From Candidatus Levyibacteriota bacterium (GTDB lineage Bacteria > Patescibacteriota > Microgenomatia > Levybacterales > UBA12049): a stretch of DNA of 64,000 nucleotides. The notes below the pieces were generated by a model. It had not been told where the DNA came from. It searched no databases and saw nothing but the letters and a program-made list of their open reading frames with translations. This document shows, piece after piece, positions 32,599 to 43,047 of this stretch (position 1 is the first letter of the stretch; each line of letters begins with the position of its first letter). The stretch spans positions 33,913 through 97,912 of the forward strand of contig JBBRCK010000002.1 in NCBI GenBank assembly GCA_038205015.1. The letters run 5' to 3'. A program made the position numbers and the translations under genes.

Positions 32599-33335
32599 TG
32601 GTGACTCACCTCCTTAGCATGCTCTTTATGTGGCGTCATTAAGACAGCCATAAAAGCCATGGTCAACATTGAAAAAACTAGTGCTTGAACCAGTCCAACA
32701 ACTACCTCAAGCATCATGAAGGGTAGGGGAAATAAAACTGCAAAAATTGTAGCAACCGTTCCTAAAACAACTTCGCCTGCAAAAATATTGCCAAATAAAC
32801 GGAAAGAAAGTGAAACAATCTTGGTTAATTCGCCAATAAGTTCAAGTATTCCAATGTAAAGACTTAAGGGATTTAAAGAAAAATATCTGGAAAGATACTC
32901 TTTTATCCCCAGAGTATTAAAACTTAAGATATGTGTTGCAAAAATAGACACTAAAGCTAAGGCAAGTGTGACATTAAAATCGCTGGTTGCTGCTCTAAAA
33001 AAGGGAATTATCTTATCGTGTTCTTTTATACCGATTACACTAATTCCCGGAATAAGGCCGGACCAGTTTGCAATTAAAATAAAAAGAAAAAAAGTCATAA
33101 AAAAGGGAAATATTTTTACTGTATTTTCTCCGGCGACAGAATATGTAATGTTATAAAATTCCTGAATAATCGTTTCAATTATTGTTTGAAGTTTTCCAGG
33201 GATTAGGCTGAGTTTTTTCCTCAATGAAATTATCAAGCCAATTAAGGCCGCATCAACTAGAAGGGTATCTAGAAAAGAGTTGGTAAAGCTAAAAAAGCCA
33301 ATACGAAAAATAGGTTCTGCTGCAAATGAAACCAT
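32595..33335 (-). CDS. atpB: Fo subunit a
   Basis: SLSFRLFGNIFAGE, VQALVF. Confidence 0.96.
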   Translation of the reverse strand: MVSFAAEPIFRIGFFSFTNSFLDTLLVDAALIGLIISLRKKLSLIPGKLQTIIETIIQEFYNITYSVAGENTVKIFPFFMTFFLFILIANWSGLIPGISVIGIKEHDKIIPFFRAATSDFNVTLALALVSIFATHILSFNTLGIKEYLSRYFSLNPLSLYIGILELIGELTKIVSLSFRLFGNIFAGEVVLGTVATIFAVLFPLPFMMLEVVVGLVQALVFSMLTMAFMAVLMTPHKEHAKEVSHQ

Positions 33336-33341
33336 TGTTAT

Positions 33342-33370
33342 ATTTTATTTATAAATTGAGTTCAAGTCAA
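33342..33370 (-). promoter_or_regulatory. Sigma70 promoter of atp operon (leaderless spacing)
   Basis: TTGACT-17 nt-TAAAAT, 6 nt before the atpB ATG. Confidence 0.7.
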
Positions 33371-36300
33371 GAAGCTAAATTGCTAAAAGATCTGATTTTA
33401 TCAACTAGAATTACCGGTTTGTCGTTTTTTGAATCAATCTTTCCGCTCACTAGAATAACATTTTCTTTAGTAAGTAGAGATTTGTAGTTGTCAAAAACTT
33501 TAGGAAAAATAACGCATTCGGCACTAACTCCATTTTCATTTGATAGCAGTAGGAATGCCATTTCTTTATTAGATTTTTTCGTAAAAATTCTTCTTATAGA
33601 TTCAACAATTCCTCCGATTGTAACTTGAGTGGTAGCTTTTTCTTCTTCCAAGGCTTCTAATTCGTGGGTAATTTCTGCTTTAATTTTAATTAAATTATCA
33701 AATTGCGGATGGGCGGTTAAGTAAAATCCTAAAAACTCTTTTTCAAAAGCAAGCTTTTCATCATCCGTAAAATCATTAAATTCGGAAGATGACTCAGTTA
33801 AAGTATCTTGTTTTTCAAATTCAGATTCAAATAAACTAGTTTGTCCACTTTTAGTTTCTTTTTTCTTTTTATTTGATTTTTCAATAATTTCCGGATAGTC
33901 TATTAACAATTTTGCTCTTTTGCCAAAAGTGTCCATGGCGCCAGCTTTAATTAAGCTTTCGACGGTTTTTTTGTTTATCGTTGAAAGATCAACTCTTTTA
34001 CAAAAATCGTCAAATGAGAGAAAATCTCCCTTATTTCTATTTTCCAAGATATTTTCGATTGCCGCTTTACCGACATTTTTAATAGCAGATAAACCAAATC
34101 TGATTTTAGTATTATCTTCAATAGTAAATTCATCACCCGATTTATTAATATTAGGAGGTAATACTTGAATTTTTATTCTTTTACATTCGGCAACTGCCTG
34201 GGCTATTTTTTCATTTTTGGTTGGGCCGGTAGTTCCTCTTGATTCCGCAGTTAGTAAAGCAGTCATCAGCTCAACAGGATAATTGGCTTTTAGGTAAGCG
34301 GTTCTAAAGGCGATTGTTGCATAGCATGCTGCGTGTGCTTTCCCAAACCCGTATCCTGCGAATGGTTCGAATAAAATCCATAAACCTTCTGCCTTATCTT
34401 TTGCCATTCCATTTGTAATACATCCTGAGATAAAATGATCATGTTCTTTTTTCATTTCAGCAGGAATTTTTTTACCAACTGCTTTTCTGAGTTTGTCTGC
34501 CTCAAGCCACGAGTAACCGGCAACTTTAATAGCGGTTAGAAGTAAATCGTCTTGGAAAGTGATTATTCCGTATGATTCTTTTAAAACATCCTCAAGTCTT
34601 GGGTCCGGAAATTTGATAAGCTTAGGGTTATGCTTTCTTCGAATAAACTCTGGGATATTTGCCATAGGGCCTGGTCGATACAAAGCTACCATTGCCTGCA
34701 GATCGAAAATAGTAGTCGGCTTTAACTCTTTGATATATCTTCTCATTCCTGATGATTCAAGCTGAAAAATTCCGGTTGTTTCGCCCGAAGCTAATAATTT
34801 ATAAGTTTTTTCATTCTCAAACGTAATTTTTGAAAAATCTACGACTTTTTCTTGATTTTCGAGTATAAATTTTAAAGCTTCTTGAATAATGGTTAGATTT
34901 CTAAGTCCTAAGAAATCAATTTTTAATAATCCTACTCCGTCTTCGCCAATTGAGTACATATCATATTGAGTAACAATTTTATCTCCATTACTTTCTCTTT
35001 GAAGTGGGGTATATTCGGTAATATCTTTATCGGCAATAACTACTCCAGCCGCGTGGACCGAGGCATGTCTAGCAACCCCTTCAACTTTTCTGGCTAAATC
35101 CAAAAGCCTTCTGGTTTCATCCTCGGTGGTATAAGCAATTTTAAGTTCCGGGCTTTGATCAAGGGCCTTATCAATTGTCATTGCGTGTCCTTGCCAGCCA
35201 AGAGGAATCATTTTAGAAATTCTGTCAGGAACTGAATAGGGATAGCCTAAAACTCTTCCAATATCTCTAACCGAACCTTTCGCTTCCATCGTTCCAAAAG
35301 TAATTATTTGAGCGACTTTATCTCGTCCGTATTTTTCGGTAACGTATTCAATTACTTCATCACGTCGATTGTCCGCAAAATCTAAATCAATATCAGGAGG
35401 GGATGGACGCATTGGATTTAAAAATCTTTCAAAAGGAAGCTTAAAGAAAAGTGGATCAATGTCGGAAATTCCGAGTGCATAAGATACTATCGAACCAGCA
35501 TTGGAACCTCTTCCAGGACCAACAGTAATTCCTTGCAATTTGGCCCAATTTACAAAGTCTGCAACAATTAAAATATATGTTTCGTATCCCTTTTTTAAAA
35601 TAATAGAAAGTTCATATTCAGTTCGCTCTGAAATTTCATTTGTAACAGTATTATATCTTCTTATTAATCCTTCGTTAACTTTAACTTTCATATATTCAGC
35701 AGCAGTAATTCCGCCTGGAACTTCAAACAAAGGCATAATCCATTTTCCAAGAGGAATTTCAACGTTGCACATCTCAGCAATTTTTACCGTATTTTCGATT
35801 GCTTCGGGATTTTGCACAAAAAGTCCGGTCATTTCTTCTTGAGTTTTAATATAAAAATCAGGAGAATTAATCATTGATAATTTTCTATCTTTCGTATCAA
35901 GCGTGGTTTGAGTTTGAACACACAATAAAGCCTCCTGTGCTTCTGCATCAGAATTTTTTACATAATGATTATCATTTGTTGCAACTAGGGGTATGCCTAA
36001 GTCTTTAGATAACTTTATTAATTTTGGGTTTAAAATTTCTTGTGGTGGAATATTAATATGTTTTTGGAGTTCCAAGTAAAAATTATCCTGTCCAAATATT
36101 TCGTTTAATTTTTTTGCCCTTTCGATTGCAGTTTGTTCCTGATTTCTTAAGAGTGGTTCGGAGATAAATCCGCTTACGCAAGCACTTAAACAAATTAATC
36201 CTTCATGATATTCGTTTAGTAGCTCTAAATCTGCGCGTGGTTTATAATAATATCCTTCCAATCCGGCAACAGAAATTATTTTCATTAAATTTTTATAACC

Positions 36301-36591
36301 TTGAAAATTTTTTGCAAGTAAAACCAAATGATTAGAATCTGAATCTATTCCAGCTTCTTTATCGTGTCTTGAACGCTTGCCAATGTAAATTTCTGCTCCG
36401 ATTATCGGTTTAATTCCTTCTTCGATACAGGTTTTGTAAAAGTTGATCATTCCATACATATTGCCATGGTCTGTGATGGCAATGGCTTTCATATTTAATT
36501 CCTTTGCACGCAAAACCATCTCTTTAATTTTTGAAAGACCGTCTAGAAGCGAAAACTCACTATGATTATGAAGATGAACAAAATCTGCCAT
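33367..36591 (-). CDS. dnaE: DNA polymerase III alpha subunit
   Basis: PHP HLHNHS..SLLDG, GPGRGS, PDIDLD, HAAG, KIDFLGL, C-terminal OB fold; no intein seen. Confidence 0.97.
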   Translation of the reverse strand: MADFVHLHNHSEFSLLDGLSKIKEMVLRAKELNMKAIAITDHGNMYGMINFYKTCIEEGIKPIIGAEIYIGKRSRHDKEAGIDSDSNHLVLLAKNFQGYKNLMKIISVAGLEGYYYKPRADLELLNEYHEGLICLSACVSGFISEPLLRNQEQTAIERAKKLNEIFGQDNFYLELQKHINIPPQEILNPKLIKLSKDLGIPLVATNDNHYVKNSDAEAQEALLCVQTQTTLDTKDRKLSMINSPDFYIKTQEEMTGLFVQNPEAIENTVKIAEMCNVEIPLGKWIMPLFEVPGGITAAEYMKVKVNEGLIRRYNTVTNEISERTEYELSIILKKGYETYILIVADFVNWAKLQGITVGPGRGSNAGSIVSYALGISDIDPLFFKLPFERFLNPMRPSPPDIDLDFADNRRDEVIEYVTEKYGRDKVAQIITFGTMEAKGSVRDIGRVLGYPYSVPDRISKMIPLGWQGHAMTIDKALDQSPELKIAYTTEDETRRLLDLARKVEGVARHASVHAAGVVIADKDITEYTPLQRESNGDKIVTQYDMYSIGEDGVGLLKIDFLGLRNLTIIQEALKFILENQEKVVDFSKITFENEKTYKLLASGETTGIFQLESSGMRRYIKELKPTTIFDLQAMVALYRPGPMANIPEFIRRKHNPKLIKFPDPRLEDVLKESYGIITFQDDLLLTAIKVAGYSWLEADKLRKAVGKKIPAEMKKEHDHFISGCITNGMAKDKAEGLWILFEPFAGYGFGKAHAACYATIAFRTAYLKANYPVELMTALLTAESRGTTGPTKNEKIAQAVAECKRIKIQVLPPNINKSGDEFTIEDNTKIRFGLSAIKNVGKAAIENILENRNKGDFLSFDDFCKRVDLSTINKKTVESLIKAGAMDTFGKRAKLLIDYPEIIEKSNKKKKETKSGQTSLFESEFEKQDTLTESSSEFNDFTDDEKLAFEKEFLGFYLTAHPQFDNLIKIKAEITHELEALEEEKATTQVTIGGIVESIRRIFTKKSNKEMAFLLLSNENGVSAECVIFPKVFDNYKSLLTKENVILVSGKIDSKNDKPVILVDKIRSFSNLAS

Positions 36592-36593
36592 AT

Positions 36594-37334
36594 TTATGGG
36601 GAAACAATGACAGTCCTGTCTCTTCCTCCTTCTTTAGCACTATATAAACCAAGAGTGTCAACTTTTTCAAAAAATGCTCTTTCTTCCTGTTGTCGGTTTA
36701 TTCCTCCACCAATACTTACTGTTATTGGAATTTGTAAGTCTTGACCTTCTTTTGTTACCGAATAAGGAGAGCCTCCAACTGCTGTTCTTAATTTTTCAGC
36801 AACTTTTTCTAAATCTTCTTCGCTATGCATTCCTGGAAGTAGTACTACCAATTCTTCTCCTCCATAGCGAAATATTTGATCATTTTGCTCAGCTTCTGCT
36901 CGTACTTGTCTTAAATGTGATGTCAAATTTTGTGCGGTTTGAATTATAACGCTGTCTCCAACAGCATGACCGTAACTGTCATTAACTTTTTTAAAGTGGT
37001 CTATATCAACTATTAACAATCCAAATGGTGCTCCGTTCTCAATGAGTTTTTTAACTTCTTCCTTGTATGCGCCATTATCTAAAAGTCCCGTCATTGGATC
37101 TTTTCTTTTTTGACCTTTTACTCTTTCTGTTAATATATCTCTTGCTACCATAGATCTAGCAATAAGCTCATTTCTTTGTTCTTGGGTAAGTGTCCCTGAA
37201 TTAACTTGATTTTGAAGTGAATTAAGCCAATCGACATTAGACTGAATTCTTTGATCAATTCCAAGTCTCCTTTCACTTCTTTTTTCTGTTTGATTTTGTG
37301 GAATATTAGTTGGTGTTTCTACTGCTTCGCTCAT
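36594..37334 (-). CDS. Diguanylate cyclase (GGDEF domain)
   Basis: DPMTGL, DIDHFKKVNDSYGH..GD, RYGGEEL, TVSIG, AK.GGR. Confidence 0.85.
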   Translation of the reverse strand: MSEAVETPTNIPQNQTEKRSERRLGIDQRIQSNVDWLNSLQNQVNSGTLTQEQRNELIARSMVARDILTERVKGQKRKDPMTGLLDNGAYKEEVKKLIENGAPFGLLIVDIDHFKKVNDSYGHAVGDSVIIQTAQNLTSHLRQVRAEAEQNDQIFRYGGEELVVLLPGMHSEEDLEKVAEKLRTAVGGSPYSVTKEGQDLQIPITVSIGGGINRQQEERAFFEKVDTLGLYSAKEGGRDRTVIVSP

Positions 37335-38650
37335 TTTAATTTCGCGGTTAAAACCGCCTTAATTTTTTCAGCGTCAACTTTTTCTTTGAACTGACGCATA
37401 ACCTGACCTACTAAAAACATTATAACTGTTTCCTTGCCTTTTTTGAAGTCTTCAACAGCCCTCGGATTATCATTTATAACTTTTTCTACAATTTTATCTA
37501 ACTCATCTTCATTTACAGCTAATATAGCTGTTGCTTGAATAAATTGTTTAATAATACTTGCCGGAAGTTCGTCTGCAAGATTAACGTCTCTATTAACAAT
37601 AAAATTTGTGAGCTTTTGAGGGTCGATATTCTCTTTAATACCAATTTTTATTGCTTCTTCAAAATTAACAGATGCTTTTATGTTGTCAGATACAGTGATA
37701 GCATCGCTTATTTTAATATTAAGTTCTTTTGCTAATCTTGTTACTTTTTCATCTGGAAGCTCGGGGAGAGAATTTTTTATATTTTCTATTTCTTGCTTAA
37801 TCCATCTGATCGGTGGAATGTCTGGTTCTGGAAAATATCTATAATCGGAAGCTTCTTCTTTTACGCGCTGTGAAACTGTAGAAGAGTTTTTTTCCACAAA
37901 TCCTCTTGTTTCCTGAGCCGGAGTTTTTCCATTATCTAAAATTTCTGCTTGCCGATTAATTTCGTATTCAATTGCCTTACTAACAAAGCCAAACGAGTTG
38001 ATGTTTTTAACTTCTACTTTGTAATTTGGTAACTTAGTTTCTCCATCTTTTCTTAAAGATATATTTGGTTCAAGTCTCATATTGCCTTTTTCCATATCGG
38101 CATTAGATACATCGAGATATCTAACAATTTGTTGTAATTTTTGAAGATATTCTTTTACCTCCTCTGCAGTTTCAAAATCAGGTTCGGTTACTATCTCAAC
38201 TAAAGGTACGCCAGAACGGTTAAAATCTATCAAGCTAACATCTTTTCCGTTGACTACTTCGTGTATTAGTTTTCCCGTGTCTTCTTCCATATGCACCCTG
38301 GTAATACCGATTCTTTTTCCGGTTGAAAGAGTAATGTGGCCGCTTACGCAAAACGGTTTATCGTATTGGGAAATCTGATAACCTTTTGAGAGGTCAGGGT
38401 AAAAATAATTCTTTCTGTCAAATTTACTAAATAAAGGAATTTCGCAGTTTAATGCCAGGCCAATCATCACGCACCATTCGATTGCTTTTTTATTTGGGTA
38501 GGGAAGTGCTCCTGGTAATCCAAGGCATACTGGGCAAGTGTGAGTATTTGGTTTTTGTCCGAAATAATCCGCAGAACATGAACAAAACATTTTACTATTT
38601 GTTTTAAGTTCTACGTGTACTTCAAGTCCAATTACCGTTGTATATTTCAT
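37331..38650 (-). CDS. gatB: Asp/Glu-tRNA amidotransferase subunit B
   Basis: IGLEVHVEL, FDRKNYFYPD, EVKNINS, YRYFPEPD; start moved to ATG 38650 (ATGA overlap with gatA). Confidence 0.96.
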   Translation of the reverse strand: MKYTTVIGLEVHVELKTNSKMFCSCSADYFGQKPNTHTCPVCLGLPGALPYPNKKAIEWCVMIGLALNCEIPLFSKFDRKNYFYPDLSKGYQISQYDKPFCVSGHITLSTGKRIGITRVHMEEDTGKLIHEVVNGKDVSLIDFNRSGVPLVEIVTEPDFETAEEVKEYLQKLQQIVRYLDVSNADMEKGNMRLEPNISLRKDGETKLPNYKVEVKNINSFGFVSKAIEYEINRQAEILDNGKTPAQETRGFVEKNSSTVSQRVKEEASDYRYFPEPDIPPIRWIKQEIENIKNSLPELPDEKVTRLAKELNIKISDAITVSDNIKASVNFEEAIKIGIKENIDPQKLTNFIVNRDVNLADELPASIIKQFIQATAILAVNEDELDKIVEKVINDNPRAVEDFKKGKETVIMFLVGQVMRQFKEKVDAEKIKAVLTAKLK

Positions 38651-40068
38651 AATTTTGGCTTTAATCTTCTCCAATCTTCATTTTGACTAGCTTGTTCATA
38701 TTGATTAGCGACGGAAAGTATTAATTCTTCGCTAAATTGCGGGCCGATTATTTGCATTCCGATTGGAAGTTTAGAGGTAGAAAACCCTACCGGAATGTTT
38801 ATTCCTGCAAGACCTGCAATTGATGAAGGTTCAACTAAAACGTCTGCAATTTCACCAAACATAGAAAGATCTTTAGTTGCCCCTACGGGTAGTGCCAATG
38901 ATGGACTGGTGGGAGCAATAATTACATCTACTTTTTCGAAGGCTTTTTTAAAGTCGTTTATAATTACAGTTCGTACTTTTTGAGCTTTATTATAATATTG
39001 ATCGTAATATCCAGAAGATAGTGCGTATGTTCCAAACATAATTCTTCTCTTTGCTTCCTCCATAAATTTTTCCCTTCCTGATCCAAATCTGATTCCGTCG
39101 TATCGGGCTAGATTAGAAGAAACTTCTGATCTTTGAATGATGGTATAAACATCTATTGCATATTTAGGATCAAAAAGTTTTATATCTTCTTGTTTTGCAC
39201 CTAATTCCAATAATTTCAATACAGCCTTTTTCACTGCTTCTTCAACTTCCTTATCGATTCCTTTAATAAAATATTCACTGGAAATTCCAATTCTTAAGTC
39301 CTTTATTGATTTGTCCAAATTTTTAGAATAATCCCCTACCAGTTGCGGGGAAGTGGTAGCGTCTAATTCGTCTTTTCCGGCTAAAATTTGTAAGATTAGT
39401 GCCGAATCTTCAACTGTTTTTGTAATTGGGCCGGGGGAATCAAGCGACGAACCCATGGCAACAACACCATACCTACTGACTCTTCCGTAAGTTGGCTTTA
39501 AGCCAACCACCCCACACCATGATGCTGGCTGCCTAATCGAGCCTGCAGTTTCAGATCCAATAGCAGCTATTACTTGGTTTGCTGCAACTGCTGCCGCTGA
39601 GCCTCCTGAAGAGCCTCCAGGTAAGTGATTTGTGTTCCAAGGGTTTCGAGTAGGTCCAAAATCGGATGTTTCGGTAGACGAGCCATGTGCCCAAGCGTCC
39701 ATATTTGTTTTTCCTATCATTACCATTCCGGAATCTTTTAATTTTTTAACAACTGTTGCATCGTATGGAGGAATATAATCTTCCAAAACTTTGCTTGAAG
39801 CGGTTGTTTTGACTCCTTGGGTTGAAAAATTGTCTTTAAAAGCAATTGGAATTCCCAAAAGCGGAAGTTCGACTCCATTTTTTAAAGCTTCATCAGCATT
39901 CCTTGCTTGTTCTAAAGCCTCTTGTTGGGTAACTGTTACGAAAGCATTTAATTTATCATCGGTTTGTTTAATTTGATCAAGACAAGCATTGGTAAGTTCA
40001 ACAGATGAAAAATCTTTATTCTTTAATCCTTCCTGCGTTTTTTTAATTGTTAATTGGTTTAGATTCAT
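38647..40068 (-). CDS. gatA: Asp/Glu-tRNA amidotransferase subunit A
   Basis: Amidase signature GGSSGGSAAAV, GSIRQPA, SSNLARYDG. Confidence 0.96.
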   Translation of the reverse strand: MNLNQLTIKKTQEGLKNKDFSSVELTNACLDQIKQTDDKLNAFVTVTQQEALEQARNADEALKNGVELPLLGIPIAFKDNFSTQGVKTTASSKVLEDYIPPYDATVVKKLKDSGMVMIGKTNMDAWAHGSSTETSDFGPTRNPWNTNHLPGGSSGGSAAAVAANQVIAAIGSETAGSIRQPASWCGVVGLKPTYGRVSRYGVVAMGSSLDSPGPITKTVEDSALILQILAGKDELDATTSPQLVGDYSKNLDKSIKDLRIGISSEYFIKGIDKEVEEAVKKAVLKLLELGAKQEDIKLFDPKYAIDVYTIIQRSEVSSNLARYDGIRFGSGREKFMEEAKRRIMFGTYALSSGYYDQYYNKAQKVRTVIINDFKKAFEKVDVIIAPTSPSLALPVGATKDLSMFGEIADVLVEPSSIAGLAGINIPVGFSTSKLPIGMQIIGPQFSEELILSVANQYEQASQNEDWRRLKPKL

Positions 40069-40073
40069 ATATT

Positions 40074-40730
40074 TTAAAAAGTACGAATACCTTTTCGTTG
40101 AATATTTACTTTATGTGTATTAGCTATTTTAAAATAGTTTCCATCAGTTTCTATTACGACATACCCGGTATTTTCAATAGAGCCACTAGGTAAATGATGA
40201 AATTTAGCATGCCCGATATAATTTAAAAAACATCTTATTATATTGCCATGAGAAACAATCATTATTGTTTGATTCTTGTGAATAACTAATATTTCTTTTA
40301 GATAATTAATTAATCTAATTGCTGCTTCTTCTACGCTTTCCATTTCATTTGTATGTTTATATTCTAAAATTTCTTTTTCGCTTAGATTACTTAAATCTTT
40401 TTGGATATCTTTTCTTAACTCTTGTTCAGATTTACCACTTAAGGTCATTAAATAGTGCCAAAAATTTCTTTCTCTTATCTGATTAGTTAGTGCAAGATTA
40501 AGATTTTTATTCTTGGCAATAAATTCTGCAGTTTGCTTTGTTCTATTTAAGTCAGATGAATAAATTGCATCTATTTTTGTATTTCTAAATTCTTTTGTTA
40601 AATCTTTTGCTTGTTTAATTCCATTATTTGTAAGTTTGCTTTCAAATTCATCACTTTTTACCTTATATTGTCCTATGTTATCAAATGATTCGGCATGTCT
40701 TACTAAATAAATTGTTGTTAAGTTATTCAT
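40074..40730 (-). CDS. Histidine phosphatase family protein
   Basis: LVRHAES, YSSDL.R..QTA, VSHG. Confidence 0.85.
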   Translation of the reverse strand: MNNLTTIYLVRHAESFDNIGQYKVKSDEFESKLTNNGIKQAKDLTKEFRNTKIDAIYSSDLNRTKQTAEFIAKNKNLNLALTNQIRERNFWHYLMTLSGKSEQELRKDIQKDLSNLSEKEILEYKHTNEMESVEEAAIRLINYLKEILVIHKNQTIMIVSHGNIIRCFLNYIGHAKFHHLPSGSIENTGYVVIETDGNYFKIANTHKVNIQRKGIRTF

Positions 40731-41007
40731 TATTAAAAATTGCGTTTACTTTAAATAAACCATTGTGTATTGATTTTGCGTTAGATAAGGCTTGTTCTTG
40801 GGTTAGCGAAGGTTTTGCGATATCATCGCGGACAATATTCTCTAGGCCAGTAACTTGGCTAGTTGGTTCGATACCTTTTGTATCCACAGTATTTAACTCC
40901 TCAACGTATCTAATGGTTTCTTCAAGTTGGGTTTCAAGTTTGGTTTTTTCTTCGGGGGTTAGTGGAAGATTTGCGAGTTTTGCTATATGTGTAACATCTA
41001 TTTTCAT
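40723..41007 (-). CDS. gatC: Asp/Glu-tRNA amidotransferase subunit C
   Basis: HIAKLANL, VDT.GIEPT, RDD, LSNA...GLFKV. Confidence 0.9.
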   Translation of the reverse strand: MKIDVTHIAKLANLPLTPEEKTKLETQLEETIRYVEELNTVDTKGIEPTSQVTGLENIVRDDIAKPSLTQEQALSNAKSIHNGLFKVNAIFNNE

Positions 41008-41015
41008 CCCAATTA

Positions 41016-41768
41016 TTATATTGTAATACCGAGCTTTTTAGCAACTTGCAGTCTTGCGTTTTCTTCCAGGGTGTCATCAAGAGTTTTAAGCTCAATTATT
41101 TTTTTATATTTAACCTGTAATGCTTTAGAAATTAAATAATCTGCCAGCATGGGATTTTTAGGTAATATTGGTCCATGAAAATATGTTCCGATCGAATTCT
41201 TATAAATTGCCCCCTCTTCTTTTGATGCTTCGTTACTTCCAAAACCTTTAATTACTTTTCCTAGCGGCTTAATACTGCTGCCAAGTATAGTTCGGCCTCC
41301 ATGGTTTTCAAATCCGATAATAGTGGTTGGCTTAGTAAATAAATCGATGTTTTCAATTGCAATATTTCCAATCAGGCGTTCTCCTCCAGGATTTTCGGTA
41401 TACATATCAAGTATTCCAAGTTGAGGTAATTTATTATCGTTGGCGGTTTTATAATATTCTCCTAAGTACTGAAAACCTCCACAAATATAAAGTCCGGGAA
41501 TACCTGATTCAATTATTGTTTTTAATGTTTCCTTTTTCTTAATTAAGTCTTTAGCAACAATTTCCTGTTGGGTATCTTGTGCTCCGCCCATCATTATTAA
41601 ATCTAAAGATAAAAGGTCTTGTTTTGTTGAATCAATTCCTATATTTTTAACCTCAGTCTCAATACCGCGCCAATGGCATCTTTTTTGTAATACGATAATA
41701 TTACCTCTGTCTCCATAGGTACTCATTAATTCAGGATATAGCCAGCCAATGGTTAATTTAAGCTTCAT
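41016..41768 (-). CDS. gatD: GatD (CobQ-like) glutamine amidotransferase for lipid II amidation
   Basis: YGDRGN, GGAQD, ICGGFQ, GFENHGGRT, HGPILPKNP. Confidence 0.85.
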   Translation of the reverse strand: MKLKLTIGWLYPELMSTYGDRGNIIVLQKRCHWRGIETEVKNIGIDSTKQDLLSLDLIMMGGAQDTQQEIVAKDLIKKKETLKTIIESGIPGLYICGGFQYLGEYYKTANDNKLPQLGILDMYTENPGGERLIGNIAIENIDLFTKPTTIIGFENHGGRTILGSSIKPLGKVIKGFGSNEASKEEGAIYKNSIGTYFHGPILPKNPMLADYLISKALQVKYKKIIELKTLDDTLEENARLQVAKKLGITI

Positions 41769-43045
41769 AATATTTTTTTGCCTGTTAAAATTTTTCTTAT
41801 TTCAAGCATTGCCGAGTAATTAGCAAGAATATAAAGTGTTTCGCTATCATCTAAATTTCCCAGAATTTTTGTAATACCTAATTCTAAATCAGTAAATACG
41901 TGATTAAAACAATCTGTATATTTTAGCCTTAAAGACAGGTCTTCTTTTCTATCGCCGCAAACTGAAATATTCATATCTTTTTCCAAGAGCCTTTCAAAAT
42001 CTATATCCCAAATCCAGGAAACATCAAGTCCATCAGGAATTTGGTCATTTAATGCAAATAACAAGTTTTTTCCGTTTAATTTATTAACGGTATCCAAAGA
42101 CTCGTTAAAACTAATTGGGTTTTTGGATAAAAATATTTTTACTTTTCTATTTTTGTAAATAATTTCTTCTTGTCTCCCAAAAGCAGGTTTAAATTCTTTT
42201 AATGCCTTTTCGATTTGGGCATTTTCAAGTCCCAAAGCTTTTGAAAAGACTACGCTGGCAAGTGTATTGTAAATAGCATAAGTGCCAGACAGCGGATAAT
42301 AAGAAAAACTGGTCATATCAGGCTTTGGTCTCTTAAGTTGACAGTTAGGACAATCCCAAATTCCTAAATGAGAAAAATAGTAGCTTTCAAAATTTAACTT
42401 AGTCATACAATTAGGGCATAAAATTGAATCTGCTCCGTGTTGAATAAGTTTTGTTTGAAGTGATTTTTCGCTTAGTCCGAAGTAATATGTTTTAAGCTTT
42501 AGTTTTAATCCTAAAAATGCAATCTGTGGGTCATCGGCATTTAAGATAAGAGTTGTATTTTTATATTTTCCGATTGTTTTCTTCCACTTCTTAGCAATCG
42601 AGTCGATTTCTCCATATCTATCGAGTTGATCTCTAAATAGATTTAAGGCAATAAGATAATCTGGCTCAATCTTTTCTGATAATACAGAAAGGGCATTCTC
42701 ATCAACTTCAAATATCGCAACCTCTTTTTTTAAATTTCCCAAAAAATCTGAATTAATTATTAGAGACGAAGCAACCCCGCTTAATAAATTTGCGCCTGAG
42801 GAATTAATCATTATTTTAATGTTATTTTTTTCAAGAATTGTCTCGATTAACTTTGAGGTGGTTGTTTTTCCATTGGTACCAACAACAAATACAGTTTTTA
42901 ACTTATTTTTCTTTAAAACTTCTTGAACAAATTTTTTATTTAACTTTAAGGCAATGTGTCCGGGCCAAGTTGAGCCATTTCCTAGGTTTAATCTGGTACT
43001 GACAAAAGATAGAGCCTTTCCTAAAAAAAATATTAAATTGTTCAT
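41765..43045 (-). CDS. murT: MurT ligase (DUF1727)
   Basis: GTNGKTTT, NLFRDQLDRYGE, CPNC...CPNC Zn finger, DGLDVSWIWD, NYSAM. Confidence 0.88.
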   Translation of the reverse strand: MNNLIFFLGKALSFVSTRLNLGNGSTWPGHIALKLNKKFVQEVLKKNKLKTVFVVGTNGKTTTSKLIETILEKNNIKIMINSSGANLLSGVASSLIINSDFLGNLKKEVAIFEVDENALSVLSEKIEPDYLIALNLFRDQLDRYGEIDSIAKKWKKTIGKYKNTTLILNADDPQIAFLGLKLKLKTYYFGLSEKSLQTKLIQHGADSILCPNCMTKLNFESYYFSHLGIWDCPNCQLKRPKPDMTSFSYYPLSGTYAIYNTLASVVFSKALGLENAQIEKALKEFKPAFGRQEEIIYKNRKVKIFLSKNPISFNESLDTVNKLNGKNLLFALNDQIPDGLDVSWIWDIDFERLLEKDMNISVCGDRKEDLSLRLKYTDCFNHVFTDLELGITKILGNLDDSETLYILANYSAMLEIRKILTGKKIL

Positions 43046-43047
43046 TA

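Noticed and set aside
33367-36591. Intein or split in dnaE
   Set aside because: Length is normal and the motifs are contiguous; no splice-junction or LAGLIDADG signatures seen.
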